From contig DASWHD010000093.1 in assembly GCA_036393335.1 (NCBI GenBank), positions 1 to 62,718 of the forward strand: a stretch of DNA of 62,718 nucleotides, given 5' to 3'. The stretch comes from a bacterium (lineage in GTDB: Bacteria; CG2-30-53-67; CG2-30-70-394). A program made the translations under genes and the position numbers. The notes below the pieces were generated by a model. It saw only the letters and a list, made by a program, of their open reading frames with translations. It had not been told where the DNA came from and searched no databases. Of this stretch, positions 1 through 11,608 are shown one piece after another (positions within the stretch are counted from its first letter, which is position 1; every line of letters begins with the position of its first letter).

Positions 1-188
1 GCAAGCTCCTGCGCGCGCCCGCACGGCAGTGAGGATAGATGCGTGGCTGCACCTGGCAACGGGGCCACGAGCCAGGCGATCGCCGTGGCCACACCGAACA
101 GGTCTTCGCCGTCCTTATGGAGCGGTGGCGGAGTCGCGCCATCGGCTCATCGAGAGCTACACGCTCCCGTGTGGCCAAACTGGACGTC

Positions 189-394
189 TAACCCGCATTT
201 CTCACCATGAATCTGCTGCGACCGCGCAACCCCCCGCATCTCCTGGCCGGGTCCTCGTCCGGGGTAGGAGCCGAATCCCTTCGGCGATCTGCCACATGGG
301 GTCGCCGATATAATCGGCTCCTACCGCGGGCCAGCCAGGATCTACGGTCATTCGTGCGCGCTCGCGACGAATCCTGGTGAGAAACGCGGGCTAA
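189..394. mobile_element. MITE-like palindromic repeat, copy A (about 205 bp)
   Basis: Terminal inverted repeats CCCGCATTTCTCACCA / TGGTGAGAAACGCGGG. Central GTAGGAGCCG...CGGCTCCTAC hairpin. CTAA on both flanks. The same architecture recurs 7 more times in the window. Confidence 0.8.
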
Positions 395-414
395 ACCTCA
401 AGGGATTGTGATTC

Positions 415-1716
415 ATGGAGACAAATGTTCAGGAAGTGAGCCCGTGTCGCTGGCAGGTTCGGGTCACCCTGGCGGCAGAAGAAACCGTCCCGCACTTCGA
501 CAAGGCGTACCGGGCGTTGCAGCGCACCGCGCGCATCCCGGGCTTCCGGCCGGGCAAGGTGCCGCTGTCGGTGATTCGCAAGCGGTTTGGCGACGCGGTG
601 CGCGAGGACGTGGGCAACGCGTTGCTCAAGGAGACCTTTCCCCGGGCCCTCGAGGAGCACGCCTTGCGGGCGATCGGCCCGCCGGCCCTGGAGGAGATCG
701 ACCTGCAGGAGGGAAGCCCCTTCACCTATATGGCCCAGGTGGATGTGCTGCCGGAGGTCGCGTTGGGCGAGGTGACCGGGATACAGCTCACCCGCCGCGA
801 CGTGGTGGTCCCGGACGAGATGATCGAGTCCACCCTGGAGCGGATGCGCCAGGAGAACGCCCAGATCCGCACCGTGGAGGACGCAAACGCCGCGCTGGCC
901 CAGGGACAGATCGGCGTGATCGATTTCCAGGGTCGCATCGCCGGAGAGCCGTTCGACGGCGGCCGCGGCGAGCGGTATCCGGTGGAGTTGGGTGCGGGCC
1001 TGCTGTTTCGCGATTTCGAGGCGGGCATCGCAGGCATGACCCGTGGGGAGACGCGCGAGATCACCGTCACCTTCCCGGACGACTACCGTGAGGAGTACGC
1101 CGGCAAGCAGGCGGATTTCACCGTCACCCTGCACGAGATCCAGGAAAAGGTGCTGCCCGAGGTGGACGACGAGTTTGCCAAGGACTTGGACTTTGCCGAT
1201 CTCGCGGCCCTGCAGGCGGAGATCCATGCCAAGCTGACGGAACGCATCGCGGCCAGCCAGCGGCGCGCCCACCATCAAGAGATCGCCGATCGGCTCCTGG
1301 AGATGCACTCCCTGGAGGTCCCTCCGACCCTGTTCGAGGGGCAGCTCGACCTCATGGTCCGGAATCGACTCGTCGGGCTGGTGCAGCAGGGGGTGCCGAT
1401 CGAGGAGGCCGAGCAGCAGCGTGCCACCCTGCGCGAGGAGTTGCGGCCCGATGCCCGGAAACGCGCGCAGCTCACGTTGATCCTCGACAAGATTGCCGAG
1501 CTCAACGGCCTGCAGGTGGAGGACGCGGCGGTCGAGGCGCGGCTGAAGAAGGAAGCGCTGGACGCCTCGGTGGCAGCCGACGTCATGCGCCGCTATTACG
1601 AGTCGCAGTTCGGCTCGCTAGACCCGATCCACGATCAACTGCGCGAGGAGGCGGCCCTGGACTATGTCCTGGGACAAGCGGTGTTTGTTGAGCCGCAGGC
1701 CAGCGCCGGCGCATAA
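415..1716 (+). CDS. tig: Trigger factor (ribosome-associated chaperone / PPIase)
   Basis: 433-aa ORF with a trigger-factor N-terminus ([11 protein letters not shown] motif). Sits directly upstream of clpP-clpX in the classic tig-clpP-clpX order. Confidence 0.93.
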   Translation: METNVQEVSPCRWQVRVTLAAEETVPHFDKAYRALQRTARIPGFRPGKVPLSVIRKRFGDAVREDVGNALLKETFPRALEEHALRAIGPPALEEIDLQEGSPFTYMAQVDVLPEVALGEVTGIQLTRRDVVVPDEMIESTLERMRQENAQIRTVEDANAALAQGQIGVIDFQGRIAGEPFDGGRGERYPVELGAGLLFRDFEAGIAGMTRGETREITVTFPDDYREEYAGKQADFTVTLHEIQEKVLPEVDDEFAKDLDFADLAALQAEIHAKLTERIAASQRRAHHQEIADRLLEMHSLEVPPTLFEGQLDLMVRNRLVGLVQQGVPIEEAEQQRATLREELRPDARKRAQLTLILDKIAELNGLQVEDAAVEARLKKEALDASVAADVMRRYYESQFGSLDPIHDQLREEAALDYVLGQAVFVEPQASAGA

Positions 1717-1801
1717 ACCACTACAACCTTTCATTCCAAATTTTGCCAACGGTGATCCTCCTCCTGGAGTGGCGTCCACCTTGGCCGTTCAGGAGAGCAC
1801 C

Positions 1802-2461
1802 ATGGCCCGTTCCCCCTTCGGACCGTCCCGTGACGGTATGCCGCCGCAAGTCTACAACAACCTCGTGCCGATGGTGGTCGAGCAGACCCCACGAGGCGAG
1901 CGTGCCTACGACATCTACTCTCGGCTCCTCAAGGACCGGATCGTTTTCCTCGGCACCCCGATCGACGACTACATGGCCAACGCCGTCATGGCCCAGCTCC
2001 TGTTCTTGGAGGCGGATGACCCGGCCAAGGACATCAGCCTGTACATCAACTCCCCCGGTGGGCTGGTCAGCGCAGGTTTGGCGGTCTATGACACCATGCA
2101 GTACATACAGCCGGATGTCTCGACGATCTGCATCGGCCAGGCGGCGAGCATGGGGGCCGTGCTGCTGTGCGCCGGCGCGCCGGGCAAGCGCTTCGTTCTG
2201 CCCCACTCGCGGGTGATGATCCATCAGCCCCTCGGCGGCTTTCAGGGCCAGGCGACCGACGTGGAGATCCACGCCAAGGAGATCCTCAAGACCCGCGAAA
2301 TCCTGAACGAGATCATCGCCAAGCACACCGGCCAGAAGTCCAAGACGATCGAGAAGGATACCGAGCGCGACAATTTCATGTCCGCGGAGGAGGCGGTCGC
2401 CTACGGCCTGGTCGACCACGTGGTGACGCGCAACCCGAAGGTGGAACCGTCGGAGAAGTGA
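1802..2461 (+). CDS. clpP: ATP-dependent Clp protease proteolytic subunit
   Basis: ClpP signatures ([37 protein letters not shown]). Start moved to the internal ATG at 1802 (MARSPFG...), because the upstream ORF extension overlaps the tig 3' end. Confidence 0.93.
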   Translation: MARSPFGPSRDGMPPQVYNNLVPMVVEQTPRGERAYDIYSRLLKDRIVFLGTPIDDYMANAVMAQLLFLEADDPAKDISLYINSPGGLVSAGLAVYDTMQYIQPDVSTICIGQAASMGAVLLCAGAPGKRFVLPHSRVMIHQPLGGFQGQATDVEIHAKEILKTREILNEIIAKHTGQKSKTIEKDTERDNFMSAEEAVAYGLVDHVVTRNPKVEPSEK

Positions 2462-2549
2462 GTTCTGACTAAATTTGTGGGAGATTTTCCATTAAGGTCG
2501 CTACACTGACGCCCCGCCGTCGACAGCCCCCAGATCGGGAGTCCCCGGA

Positions 2550-3800
<1,251 letters not shown>

Positions 3801-3807
3801 GGTAGGT

Positions 3808-3849
3808 GTTAGCCATTAGCCATTAGCTATTGGCGGTCAGCGATCGGCT
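3808..3849. repeat. Heptamer repeat, (TTAGCCA)x3 followed by GGCGGTCAGCGATCGGC
   Basis: Read directly just after the clpX stop. The GGTCAGC part is complementary to the downstream (GCTGACC)n tract. Confidence 0.8.
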
Positions 3850-3972
3850 CTCTGCTTGCACCCCGCGAGCAGTCTCGCTGAGACCAGGCGATGATGGGGC
3901 GTCCACGGTTGCACGCGTAACGCCTCGGTGGGGCCCCTTGACGCACACCCACTACGCACCAACGCTTTGTTG

Positions 3973-4063
<91 letters not shown>

Positions 4064-6283
4064 ATGTCCCGTTCCTACAAGCGACCGCGCTTTTCGCCCC
4101 AGCGCATCGCGGTGCTGGTGCTCCTCGCCCTGCTCTCGGTCGGGGTGCTGGTGCTGGTCGACCAAGTGCGCCGCGGCGGTCTCGAGCTGCCGATCGCGGA
4201 CAACGTCGCCTTGGTCATCCTGATCAACCTCGACGTCCTGATCATCCTGCTGCTGCTGTTCGTCCTGCTGCGGGCCTTGATCACCTACTACTTCGAGCGC
4301 CGCCAGAGCCTCGCCGGATCGAATCTCAAGACTCGTTTTCTCCTCGCCTTTCTAGTCCTGTCGGTGCTCCCTTCCCTGGCCTTGTTCGGCGTCGGCAGCC
4401 TGCTGCTTACGCGCAGCATCGACAACTACTTCTCGTACAACATCCAGGCGCCCTACAAGACCAAGTCGCGCGACTTGAAGCGGACCCTGGAGCGGGTCCG
4501 GGTAGTGCTCGACAGTTACCTGACAACCAGTCGCGACAAGGTCGAGGCGGCGGCCCGGACCATCGCCCAGGTGCCGGATCTGCCCACCACCGTCGACGGC
4601 GTGCGTGCCCTGTTGCCGACCTGGCTCGCACAGTTCGGTCTCAGCGGCGTGCGCTTGGTGAATGGTACCGATCAGGTGGTGGGCAGGGCCACGACCGATC
4701 CGTGGTACTCGGCACGAAGCCGCCCCCTGCCGCCGGAGGCGACGCTGCAGCTCGCACGGCAGGGCCGGATCGCCGTGTGGACCATCGATGACGAGCGGAT
4801 CTGGGGCAGCGGCGCGGCCTTCGGATTGCCCCGGGTCGCCGACGAGGAATCCGTCGTGCTGCTGCTCGACCACCTCCTGCCCGGCGACCTGGTCCGGACC
4901 CACCGAGGGATCGATGACGCGGTCAGCGGCATCGCCAAGGTGGAAGGGTTTCGCGGCCTGGTACGTGGCACCTACTTGCTGAATCTCGGAGTCGCCACCC
5001 TCCTAGTGACCTTTGCCGCCGTATGGTTGGCCTTCTACCTCGCGGGCCGGATCACCAACCCGATCCTCCACCTGACGGAGGCGACCGAACGAGTCGCAGA
5101 CGGCGATCTCACCTTCGACGACGATGCCCCCGCGGGCGGCGAGATCGGGCGACTGGTGCGCTCGTTCTCCAAGATGGTGGAGGACCTGAAACGCTCCCGG
5201 GCGGCGACCCAGGCGGCCCACGCGGAGCTCGCCGAGAGCCTCCGGGCCCTCGAGCAGCGCAAGGAGTTCATCGAGACCATCCTCGCCAACATCGGCTCCG
5301 GGGTGATCTCCCTGGATGCGAACGGTGGCCTGCTCACCATGAACCCGGCGGCGCGGGAGATGCTCGGCGTGGCGCCGGAGGAGGTCCCGGAAGGGGAAGA
5401 ATGCCGCCAGGCGCTGCGTTTCCCATCGTTGGTGGAGATCGTGGCGCGGGTGAATCGTGACCACCAGCCCTCCCACGAAGGCCACGTCACCCTCGATACG
5501 GCGGCAGGCGAGCGCCGCCTGCGGGTCACTGCCCGGGCCCTACACGACGAGGACGGCAGCCACCTGGGGGCGGTGGTGGTGCTCGACGACTACACGGAGA
5601 TCGTGCGCGCGCAGAAGATGGCGGCGTGGCGCGAGGTGGCGCGGCGCATCGCCCACGAGATCAAGAACCCCCTCACGCCGATTCGCCTGGGCACCGAGCG
5701 GCTACGGCGCAAGCTGGCGCGGGGCGACGAGGATTTCCCACGGGTCTTCGATGAGGCATCGCGCATCATCCTGGAGGAGGTCACCGGCCTGGAGCGGCTA
5801 GTGAGCGAGTTCTCGGACTTCGCGCGCATGGCCGAGGCGAGCCTCGCCCCGACCAACCTGCACCGCACCATCCGCGATGCGATCAATCTCGTGAAGATCG
5901 AGCCGGGGATCCTGGTGCGTGAGGACTTCGATCCGACCATGCCCGAGGTGCGGGTCGATGCCGCTCAGCTCCGGCGGGTGGTCGTCAACTTGCTGAAGAA
6001 CGCCGTCGAGGCCATGGAGGACGGCGGCGTGGTCACCATCACGACCCGCTACGAGCCGCATGCCGACACCTTTCGCCTGGCGGTGGCCGACACCGGCCCG
6101 GGGATTCAGGCCGCCGATCGCGACGATCTCTTCCTGCCCTACTACACCACCAAGGAGAGCGGTACCGGCCTCGGCCTGGCGATCGTCAAGCACGTGGTCA
6201 CCGACCATCGCGGTTATATCCGGGTGTACGACAACCATCCCCACGGCACCATCTTCGAGTGCGAGATCCCGGCGCAGGGCTGA
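4064..6283 (+). CDS. NtrY-like membrane sensor histidine kinase (TM region, HAMP, PAS, HisKA, HATPase)
   Basis: 739 aa with N-terminal hydrophobic helices, an H-box IAHEIKNPLTPIRL typical of NtrY/NtrB-type kinases, and C-terminal N/G boxes (NLLKNAVEA, DTGPGI, GTGLGLAIV). No response-regulator gene follows it. Confidence 0.85.
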   Translation: MSRSYKRPRFSPQRIAVLVLLALLSVGVLVLVDQVRRGGLELPIADNVALVILINLDVLIILLLLFVLLRALITYYFERRQSLAGSNLKTRFLLAFLVLSVLPSLALFGVGSLLLTRSIDNYFSYNIQAPYKTKSRDLKRTLERVRVVLDSYLTTSRDKVEAAARTIAQVPDLPTTVDGVRALLPTWLAQFGLSGVRLVNGTDQVVGRATTDPWYSARSRPLPPEATLQLARQGRIAVWTIDDERIWGSGAAFGLPRVADEESVVLLLDHLLPGDLVRTHRGIDDAVSGIAKVEGFRGLVRGTYLLNLGVATLLVTFAAVWLAFYLAGRITNPILHLTEATERVADGDLTFDDDAPAGGEIGRLVRSFSKMVEDLKRSRAATQAAHAELAESLRALEQRKEFIETILANIGSGVISLDANGGLLTMNPAAREMLGVAPEEVPEGEECRQALRFPSLVEIVARVNRDHQPSHEGHVTLDTAAGERRLRVTARALHDEDGSHLGAVVVLDDYTEIVRAQKMAAWREVARRIAHEIKNPLTPIRLGTERLRRKLARGDEDFPRVFDEASRIILEEVTGLERLVSEFSDFARMAEASLAPTNLHRTIRDAINLVKIEPGILVREDFDPTMPEVRVDAAQLRRVVVNLLKNAVEAMEDGGVVTITTRYEPHADTFRLAVADTGPGIQAADRDDLFLPYYTTKESGTGLGLAIVKHVVTDHRGYIRVYDNHPHGTIFECEIPAQG

Positions 6284-6292
6284 CCGGCGGGT

Positions 6293-6523
6293 CTAGCCCG
6301 CATTTCTCACCACGACTCTGCTGCACCCGCGCCACTGCCCGCATCTCCTGGCCGGGTCCTCGTCCGGGGTAGGAGCCGGTTGCACCGGCGACCCGCGCCG
6401 CCAGGCGCGGCCGGCCCCCTCGGGCCGAAATCGCCGCAGGGATTCGGCTCCTACCGCGGGCCGGCCAGGATTTAGGCCATTTGCGCGGTCTCGCGACGAT
6501 CCGTGGTGAGAAATGCGGGCTAG
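6293..6523. mobile_element. MITE-like palindromic repeat, copy B (231 bp)
   Basis: CTAG-CCCGCATTTCTCACCA ... TGGTGAGAAATGCGGG-CTAG with a central GTAGGAGCCG/CGGCTCCTAC hairpin. Same orientation as copy A. Confidence 0.85.
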
Positions 6524-6667
6524 CGTGGGGCCGCGGCCGGTGCTCGCGGCCGAGCCGTGAACCTCCCGCGCGTAGGAGTCACGGCAGGCCGTGCCCCCCT
6601 GCCTGTCCTCACCAGCGAGCTTGTTGTGTGACAGAGCTCACCGCTGACGCGGCTCGCGCGGAGCGAT

Positions 6668-7036
6668 CTACGGGGCGATGGAATTCGCCACGTGCACGAT
6701 CATCTCGACCGTACGGATCTGCTGGACCACCTTGCGGCTCAGGGCCTCCACTTCCGCGAGGGAGGCGGCGGCGGCGGTGGGGTTGCCGGCCTCCTTGGCG
6801 CGGATTGTCGCGAGCACCGCCTCGTGCATGTCCCGATGGGTCTTGGCCAGGTCGAGCATCTCCTTGAGATGGCCGAACTGCGCCCGGCCCTCGGAGTGGA
6901 TCCACTTGCCCAGAGCGCAGTCGCGATGGGTGCCGGCCTGCTCGATGGTGAGGTTCTCCTGATTCTTCAGGAACTTGTTCAGGCGAATCCGCCACTGGGC
7001 ATGTTTGGTGCGGATCTCATTGAAGTCGACGTCCAT
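6668..7036 (-). CDS. CZB (chemoreceptor zinc-binding) domain protein
   Basis: HAQWRIRL ... HRDCALGKWIH ... H motifs typical of CZB domains. Start placed at ATG 7036, which is preceded by GAGGAG. Confidence 0.75.
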   Translation of the reverse strand: MDVDFNEIRTKHAQWRIRLNKFLKNQENLTIEQAGTHRDCALGKWIHSEGRAQFGHLKEMLDLAKTHRDMHEAVLATIRAKEAGNPTAAAASLAEVEALSRKVVQQIRTVEMIVHVANSIAP

Positions 7037-7208
7037 GGGCACTCCTCACGGGGTACGGGGTGTGTCCACCCTGTTTCGGAATGACCGGCGTGATCTTGAC
7101 CGAGTTGCGGCAGCAACGTTTTTGCCGGCGACCTACTGGCCCCATCTGAGGCAAACGCTCCGTGTCAGGCGGCCCGCCCGGGGCGGGCTAGCGACGGAGA
7201 GGGTGGGG

Positions 7209-8225
7209 TCAGAACCGATCGCCCATCACCGCGTCACCGAGGGTGCCGAGGAGCGACCCCTCGCCTTTCCGGCTCCCGCCGGTACGCGGCAGCGCCGCGA
7301 GGATCCGCCCGGCGAGGCGGCTGAAGGGCAGCGACTGGAGCCACACCCGGCCGGGGCCGGTGAGGGTCGTGAAGAACAGCCCCTCGCCGCCGAACAAGGC
7401 GGTCTTGATGCCGGCCACGAACTGGATGTCGTAGGCGATTTGGGGCTGCATCGCCACCAGACAGCCGGTGTCGATGCGCAGGGTCTCGCCCACCGCAAGC
7501 TCGCGCTCCAGCACCGTGCCGCCGGCGTGGATGAAGGCGTAGCCGTCGCCACGCAGCCGCTCGAGGATGAATCCCTCGCCAGCGAACAGCCCCACCCCGA
7601 GCCTGCGCTGGAAGGCGATGCCGATGGAGACCCCCTTGGCGGCGCACAGGAATGCCTCCTTCTGGCAGATCAGCTCGCCGCCCAGGGTGGGGAGGTCCAT
7701 GGCGAGGATCTTGCCGGGGTAGGGGGCGCTGAAGGCGACCCGCTGCTTGCCGGCACCGGCGTTGGTGAAGGCGGTCATGAACAGCGACTCGCCGGTGAGG
7801 ATGCGCTTGCCGGCGCCGAAGAGCTTGGCCATGACCCCTTCCGACTCCTGGCTGCCGTCGCCGAAGAGGGTCTCCATCTGGATGCCCGGGTCGATGTACA
7901 GCATCGCACCGGCCTCGGCGATCGCCGTCTCGCCGGGATCGAGCTCTACCTCCACGTACTGCATGTCGTCGCCGGAGATCGCGAAGTCGATCTCGTGGGC
8001 CCGGGCGAATCCGGTACCCGCCGGCGGTGCCAGGCGGAATCCCTGGCGCCTCAGGAAGGTGAGGAACTCGTCGAACTTCGCGGCCGGGATGTCGTACCGA
8101 GCGCACAGCTCCGCGCGCGCGACGCCCCGGTTATAGTCGTCGACGAATCGGCGGTACCGTTCCTTGGCCGGGCTGGGCTCCATGACGAGGCATTCGGTTG
8201 GGTAGGGAGGCGCCGGGTCGTTCAA
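7209..8225 (-). CDS. AIM24 / TIGR00266-family protein with an N-terminal extension
   Basis: The C-terminal 260 aa or so match the AIM24 pattern ([38 protein letters not shown]). The start is uncertain: TTG at 8225 overlapping the upstream stop, or ATG at 8183. Confidence 0.7.
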   Translation of the reverse strand: MNDPAPPYPTECLVMEPSPAKERYRRFVDDYNRGVARAELCARYDIPAAKFDEFLTFLRRQGFRLAPPAGTGFARAHEIDFAISGDDMQYVEVELDPGETAIAEAGAMLYIDPGIQMETLFGDGSQESEGVMAKLFGAGKRILTGESLFMTAFTNAGAGKQRVAFSAPYPGKILAMDLPTLGGELICQKEAFLCAAKGVSIGIAFQRRLGVGLFAGEGFILERLRGDGYAFIHAGGTVLERELAVGETLRIDTGCLVAMQPQIAYDIQFVAGIKTALFGGEGLFFTTLTGPGRVWLQSLPFSRLAGRILAALPRTGGSRKGEGSLLGTLGDAVMGDRF

Positions 8226-8908
8226 CCGTTATCGACGCCTGCTCGCCGGGGAAATAGGGCGAGCAGGTCGCCCGGCGCGGCGATCAATGCATCGGGCCCC
8301 GCGTGGCGCAGCTCTTGTTCGCTGCGGAAGCCGTACAGGCAGCCGCAGGTGCGCACCCCGGCCGCCCTGCCGGCCGTGATGTCGGTGGCACCATCGCCGA
8401 TCATCCACGTGTGCGACCGCCGCGCCCCATGAGCCGCCACGCAGTGCTGAACCGGCCCGGGATGGGGCTTGCACTCAGGGAACGAGTCGCGCGTCAGCAG
8501 CGGCCGGAAGCGCTGCGCCACCCCGAGGCCCTCGATGATCGGTCGAGTAAAGCGCATCGACTTGTTGGTGATCAGGGCGAGGGGGATGTCGCGAAAGTAA
8601 TGCAGGACCTCCGCCATGCCATCGTAGAGGCGGGTGTGCTCCAGCAATCGCCGATCGTAGACCGTCATAAAGTGGCTCAGCGCACCGTCCACGTCGCCGC
8701 CGCCAGTGGCATGCACGGCGCGTTCGATCAGGTTGTACACGCCGTTCCCAACGTAGGAGTAGATCTCCTCGCGCTCCAGCTCCTTCAGGCCGCGTTCTCG
8801 CAGGGCCTGGTTGAGGGAATTGGCGAGGTCTTCCTTGGAGTCGATGAGCGTCCCATCGAGGTCGAAGATCAGCAGGTCGGGCCAGGGGAAGGGTAGGGAG
8901 GTCATCAC
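8222..8908 (-). CDS. HAD-superfamily hydrolase, phosphoglycolate phosphatase-like
   Basis: HAD motif I ([12 protein letters not shown]), plus motifs II/III (ITNK, GDGATD). Confidence 0.8.
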   Translation of the reverse strand: MMTSLPFPWPDLLIFDLDGTLIDSKEDLANSLNQALRERGLKELEREEIYSYVGNGVYNLIERAVHATGGGDVDGALSHFMTVYDRRLLEHTRLYDGMAEVLHYFRDIPLALITNKSMRFTRPIIEGLGVAQRFRPLLTRDSFPECKPHPGPVQHCVAAHGARRSHTWMIGDGATDITAGRAAGVRTCGCLYGFRSEQELRHAGPDALIAAPGDLLALFPRRAGVDNG

Positions 8909-9196
8909 CGAAGGGTACGCCGCCTCCGTTCCTCAGCAGAAATCGGTCGTGGGGTCATCGTTCCCCGCAGTGGCGCGCCGCATTCCTCTGGGTTTCGGCG
9001 CGCGTGAGGCCAGCAGCGGCCAGACGGCGGTGGGTCGGTCGATCATGCAGAGTGCAACCGGGGGCGGCACGCGCCGCGCAGGGTTGCTAGCCGGACGGGA
9101 GGCGTAAGGAGCGCGTGCCCCCATCCTGTCTGGGACTTGCGGGATACGACCCCGGAACCCGACCCTGCCGCCGGATTCCGGGGTTCGGTATCGGGA

Positions 9197-9679
9197 CTAC
9201 TCCCCGCGGGGCTTGTCCAGGGTGTGGGCGATCTCCGCCTGACGCTCCGCGAAGTCGAAGGGCTTGAAGGTGGGGCTCTTCTCGTTGTGGCACCCCTTGC
9301 AGGTCTCTTCGGTCGGCATGACCATGCCCGCGGCGACCGCCTTCTCGGTGGTGTACTCCTTCTTCTTCATCATCACCTTGCGGTAGTCGGAGCCGGGGCC
9401 GTGGCATGCCTCGCACTGGACGTTCTTCATCTCCTCGGCCACCGGACCGGAGCCGGGATAACCGGTGGCGTGACAGGCGATACACTCGGGGTTCTCCGCA
9501 TCGGCGCCCTGGAGCACGGAGAAGGCCTGGGCGTGTTTGGTGGTCTCCCACTTCTCATGGGCCTTCTTGTGGCACATCTTGCACTTGCCGGCGCCCACGT
9601 AGTCGGCGGCGTTCGCTTGGGTCGGAACGACCACACAGACCATCACCAGGCAGGCGGCAATCGACACGAGCAATTTCAT
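9197..9679 (-). CDS. Tetrahaem c-type cytochrome (secreted)
   Basis: 4 CXXCH motifs (CKMCH, CIACH, CEACH, CKGCH). Signal peptide MKLLVSIAACLVMVCVVVPTQANA. ATG 9679 is preceded by GGAGGAG. Confidence 0.85.
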   Translation of the reverse strand: MKLLVSIAACLVMVCVVVPTQANAADYVGAGKCKMCHKKAHEKWETTKHAQAFSVLQGADAENPECIACHATGYPGSGPVAEEMKNVQCEACHGPGSDYRKVMMKKKEYTTEKAVAAGMVMPTEETCKGCHNEKSPTFKPFDFAERQAEIAHTLDKPRGE

Positions 9680-9850
9680 ACGGGGCTCCTCCAGTGGTTG
9701 TGGCGCTGGGCGCCGAATGGGTGCATTCCCTGGGTATGGTCGGTGGTTGGGCAAGGCCACCCCGAGGAAGAAGAACGTGCCATTAAATTGGAAACGCCCT
9801 GCTCACGCAACGGGTTGCTCGTTTGCAGAGTTCCCCAATTTACTCAGGAA

Positions 9851-10333
9851 TTATCGGGGAATGGCGTCGGTGATCCGGCACACGGTGCGGTAATACGTTT
9901 CCCAGTCGAGGCCTAGGGCGGCGGCGCCGAACGCCTCCCCCACCTCGCCGGTGGCAGCCTCACCGTAGTTGACCACCACCAACGCGTAGAGGATGGCGGC
10001 CGTCGCGTCGTCGGGACGCCGCTCCAGGTGGGGGTGGACATACATGGTGAAGCCATGGGTGGGATCGCCCTCCACCGGCAGGGGGTAGGCGAGCTCCTCG
10101 CCTTGTAACGGCTGTGCGTCGAACACCACATGCACCGGAAACCGCACCACGTCCGGGTCCTCCAGCAGCGCGAGCAGGCGCGGATAATCGAGCCGCCCCC
10201 CGGCACGATCGTGGAGCGCAGTCCCGGTGGCGGCCGCGTGGGCGAGCAGCGCCTGCCGGGCAGTCTCCGCGCTGACCGGCGGTTCCTCGGGGACGGTGCC
10301 GCACGGGCAGGTGGGGCAGGGATCTTGGCTCAT
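9851..10333 (-). CDS. Hypothetical protein with a Cys/Pro-rich N-terminus (CPTCPCG)
   Basis: ORF in the same strand run, between the NrfD-like gene and the tetrahaem gene. No family recognised. Start set at MSQD to avoid overlap with the upstream gene. Confidence 0.45.
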   Translation of the reverse strand: MSQDPCPTCPCGTVPEEPPVSAETARQALLAHAAATGTALHDRAGGRLDYPRLLALLEDPDVVRFPVHVVFDAQPLQGEELAYPLPVEGDPTHGFTMYVHPHLERRPDDATAAILYALVVVNYGEAATGEVGEAFGAAALGLDWETYYRTVCRITDAIPR

Positions 10334-10367
10334 GGTGGACACGGGCGCGCTGCTCGTCGGATGGTTC

Positions 10368-11600
10368 TCAGCCGTGCGGCTTGTAGGTGACACCGCCGAC
10401 CTCGATCTGGATGGCGATCTTGGCCAGCATGGTGAAGATCAACGCGCCGAGGGCCCAGATGGCGATCGAGATCACCACCTCGGGGTTCGACGGCCAGTAC
10501 TCGAAGACCTCCCCCAGGGAACTGGGGATGAAGGCCGGAAGGACCAACCCCATGCCCTTTTCCGTCCAGATGCCGGCGAACAGCAACATGCACGCGATGT
10601 TCAGGGTCACCAGGTTTTTCCGCGTGCGCGGGATCATCAGTAGGACCGTCGCGATGACCATCGCCATCAGGGCGAGCCAGATATAGGGGCGCAGGAGGGC
10701 ATGGCCATGCAGACCGAAGTAGAGGTATTGCAGCGGCGCCTGGTGCGCCGAGGCGGAGTAGAAGACGGTAAAGATCTCCGATGCCGTGAAGAACAGGGAG
10801 ATGAGCATCGCCACCAGGATGATGTTGGCGATGCGGAACAGGGTCTCGTCCCGGATCTCAAACTCGTCGCCCGGGCTACCGTACGGGGTGTAGCGGCGTA
10901 CGATCTGCACGATGATGATGATCAGCGCCGGGCCGGCGGCGAAGGCCGTGGTGAGAAACCGCGGCGCCATCAAGGCAGTATTCCAGAACGGACGGGAGAC
11001 CATGCCGCAATAGATGAAGGCGGTCACCGTATGGATGCTCACCGCCCACGGGATCGACAGGTAAGTAAAGGGCAGCAGGACCTTCTTGTTCGGTTCTTTA
11101 TGATGGAAACGGCTGTAGAGCATGTAGCCGGGGATGAACATGTTGATGAACAGATAGCCGCTGAGCACCAGCACGTCCCAGGTGAGCAGCGACCCGGGAA
11201 AGTTCGGCCAGCCGATGACCGGCAGCAGGTGCCACACCCGATCCGGCCGGCCCATGTCCACCATGACGTAGATGATGCACATGATCAGGGCGGAGCTGGC
11301 GAGCATCTCCCCCAACAGGGTGACCGGCTTGAAGTCCTTGTACCCGTAGAGATACGCCGGGATGACGATCATCACCGCCGCGGCCGCCACACCCACCAGG
11401 AAGGTGAAGTTGGCGATGTAGGAGCCCCACACCACCTGGTCGCGCAGGCCGGTCACGATCAGGCCGTAGCGGAGCTGGTAGAGGTAGTAGTAGCCGCCTA
11501 CCATCGTGATCGAGAGCAGGGCGAGCAGCCAGGCGTAGTACCGGCGGCTGCCCGTAAGGGCGATCTTCACGGAGGCGAGGAGGAAGGTCAGTAGTTTCAT
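10368..11600 (-). CDS. NrfD/PsrC-family integral membrane quinone-interacting subunit (410 aa)
   Basis: Highly hydrophobic polytopic protein immediately downstream of a Tat-signal FeS subunit. Its size matches the DsrP/HmcC/ActC-type NrfD proteins. Confidence 0.8.
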   Translation of the reverse strand: MKLLTFLLASVKIALTGSRRYYAWLLALLSITMVGGYYYLYQLRYGLIVTGLRDQVVWGSYIANFTFLVGVAAAAVMIVIPAYLYGYKDFKPVTLLGEMLASSALIMCIIYVMVDMGRPDRVWHLLPVIGWPNFPGSLLTWDVLVLSGYLFINMFIPGYMLYSRFHHKEPNKKVLLPFTYLSIPWAVSIHTVTAFIYCGMVSRPFWNTALMAPRFLTTAFAAGPALIIIIVQIVRRYTPYGSPGDEFEIRDETLFRIANIILVAMLISLFFTASEIFTVFYSASAHQAPLQYLYFGLHGHALLRPYIWLALMAMVIATVLLMIPRTRKNLVTLNIACMLLFAGIWTEKGMGLVLPAFIPSSLGEVFEYWPSNPEVVISIAIWALGALIFTMLAKIAIQIEVGGVTYKPHG

Positions 11601-11608
11601 GGCGTCTG

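Noticed and set aside
1-188. Possible partial gene at the left edge. The minus-strand frame reads ...KDGEDLFGVATAIAWLVAPLPGAATHLSSLPCGRAQEL running off the window.
   Set aside because: There is no recognisable family, no convincing start or RBS, and too little sequence. It cannot be supported.
189-394. Whether the recurring 200-260-bp palindromic elements could be CRISPR repeats, tRNA-like genes or small protein genes. The ORF track shows peptides such as RISHHESAA... in several copies.
   Set aside because: The copies are dispersed, occur in both orientations, and have terminal inverted repeats and duplicated TAG/TAA flanks. They have no cloverleaf and no regular repeat-spacer structure, and the peptide similarity just reflects translating the same repeat.
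391-1308. 305-aa minus-strand ORF covering the tig gene. Similar long antisense ORFs occur at 6975-8432, 18336-19352, 21232-22446, 22637-23677, 33704-34669, 43005-44003, 43907-45592, 53762-56050 and 56674-57876.
   Set aside because: They run antisense to genes with clear family signatures, have Arg/Gly/Ala/Pro-rich low-complexity composition and contain no recognisable motifs. They are typical shadow ORFs of high-GC DNA.
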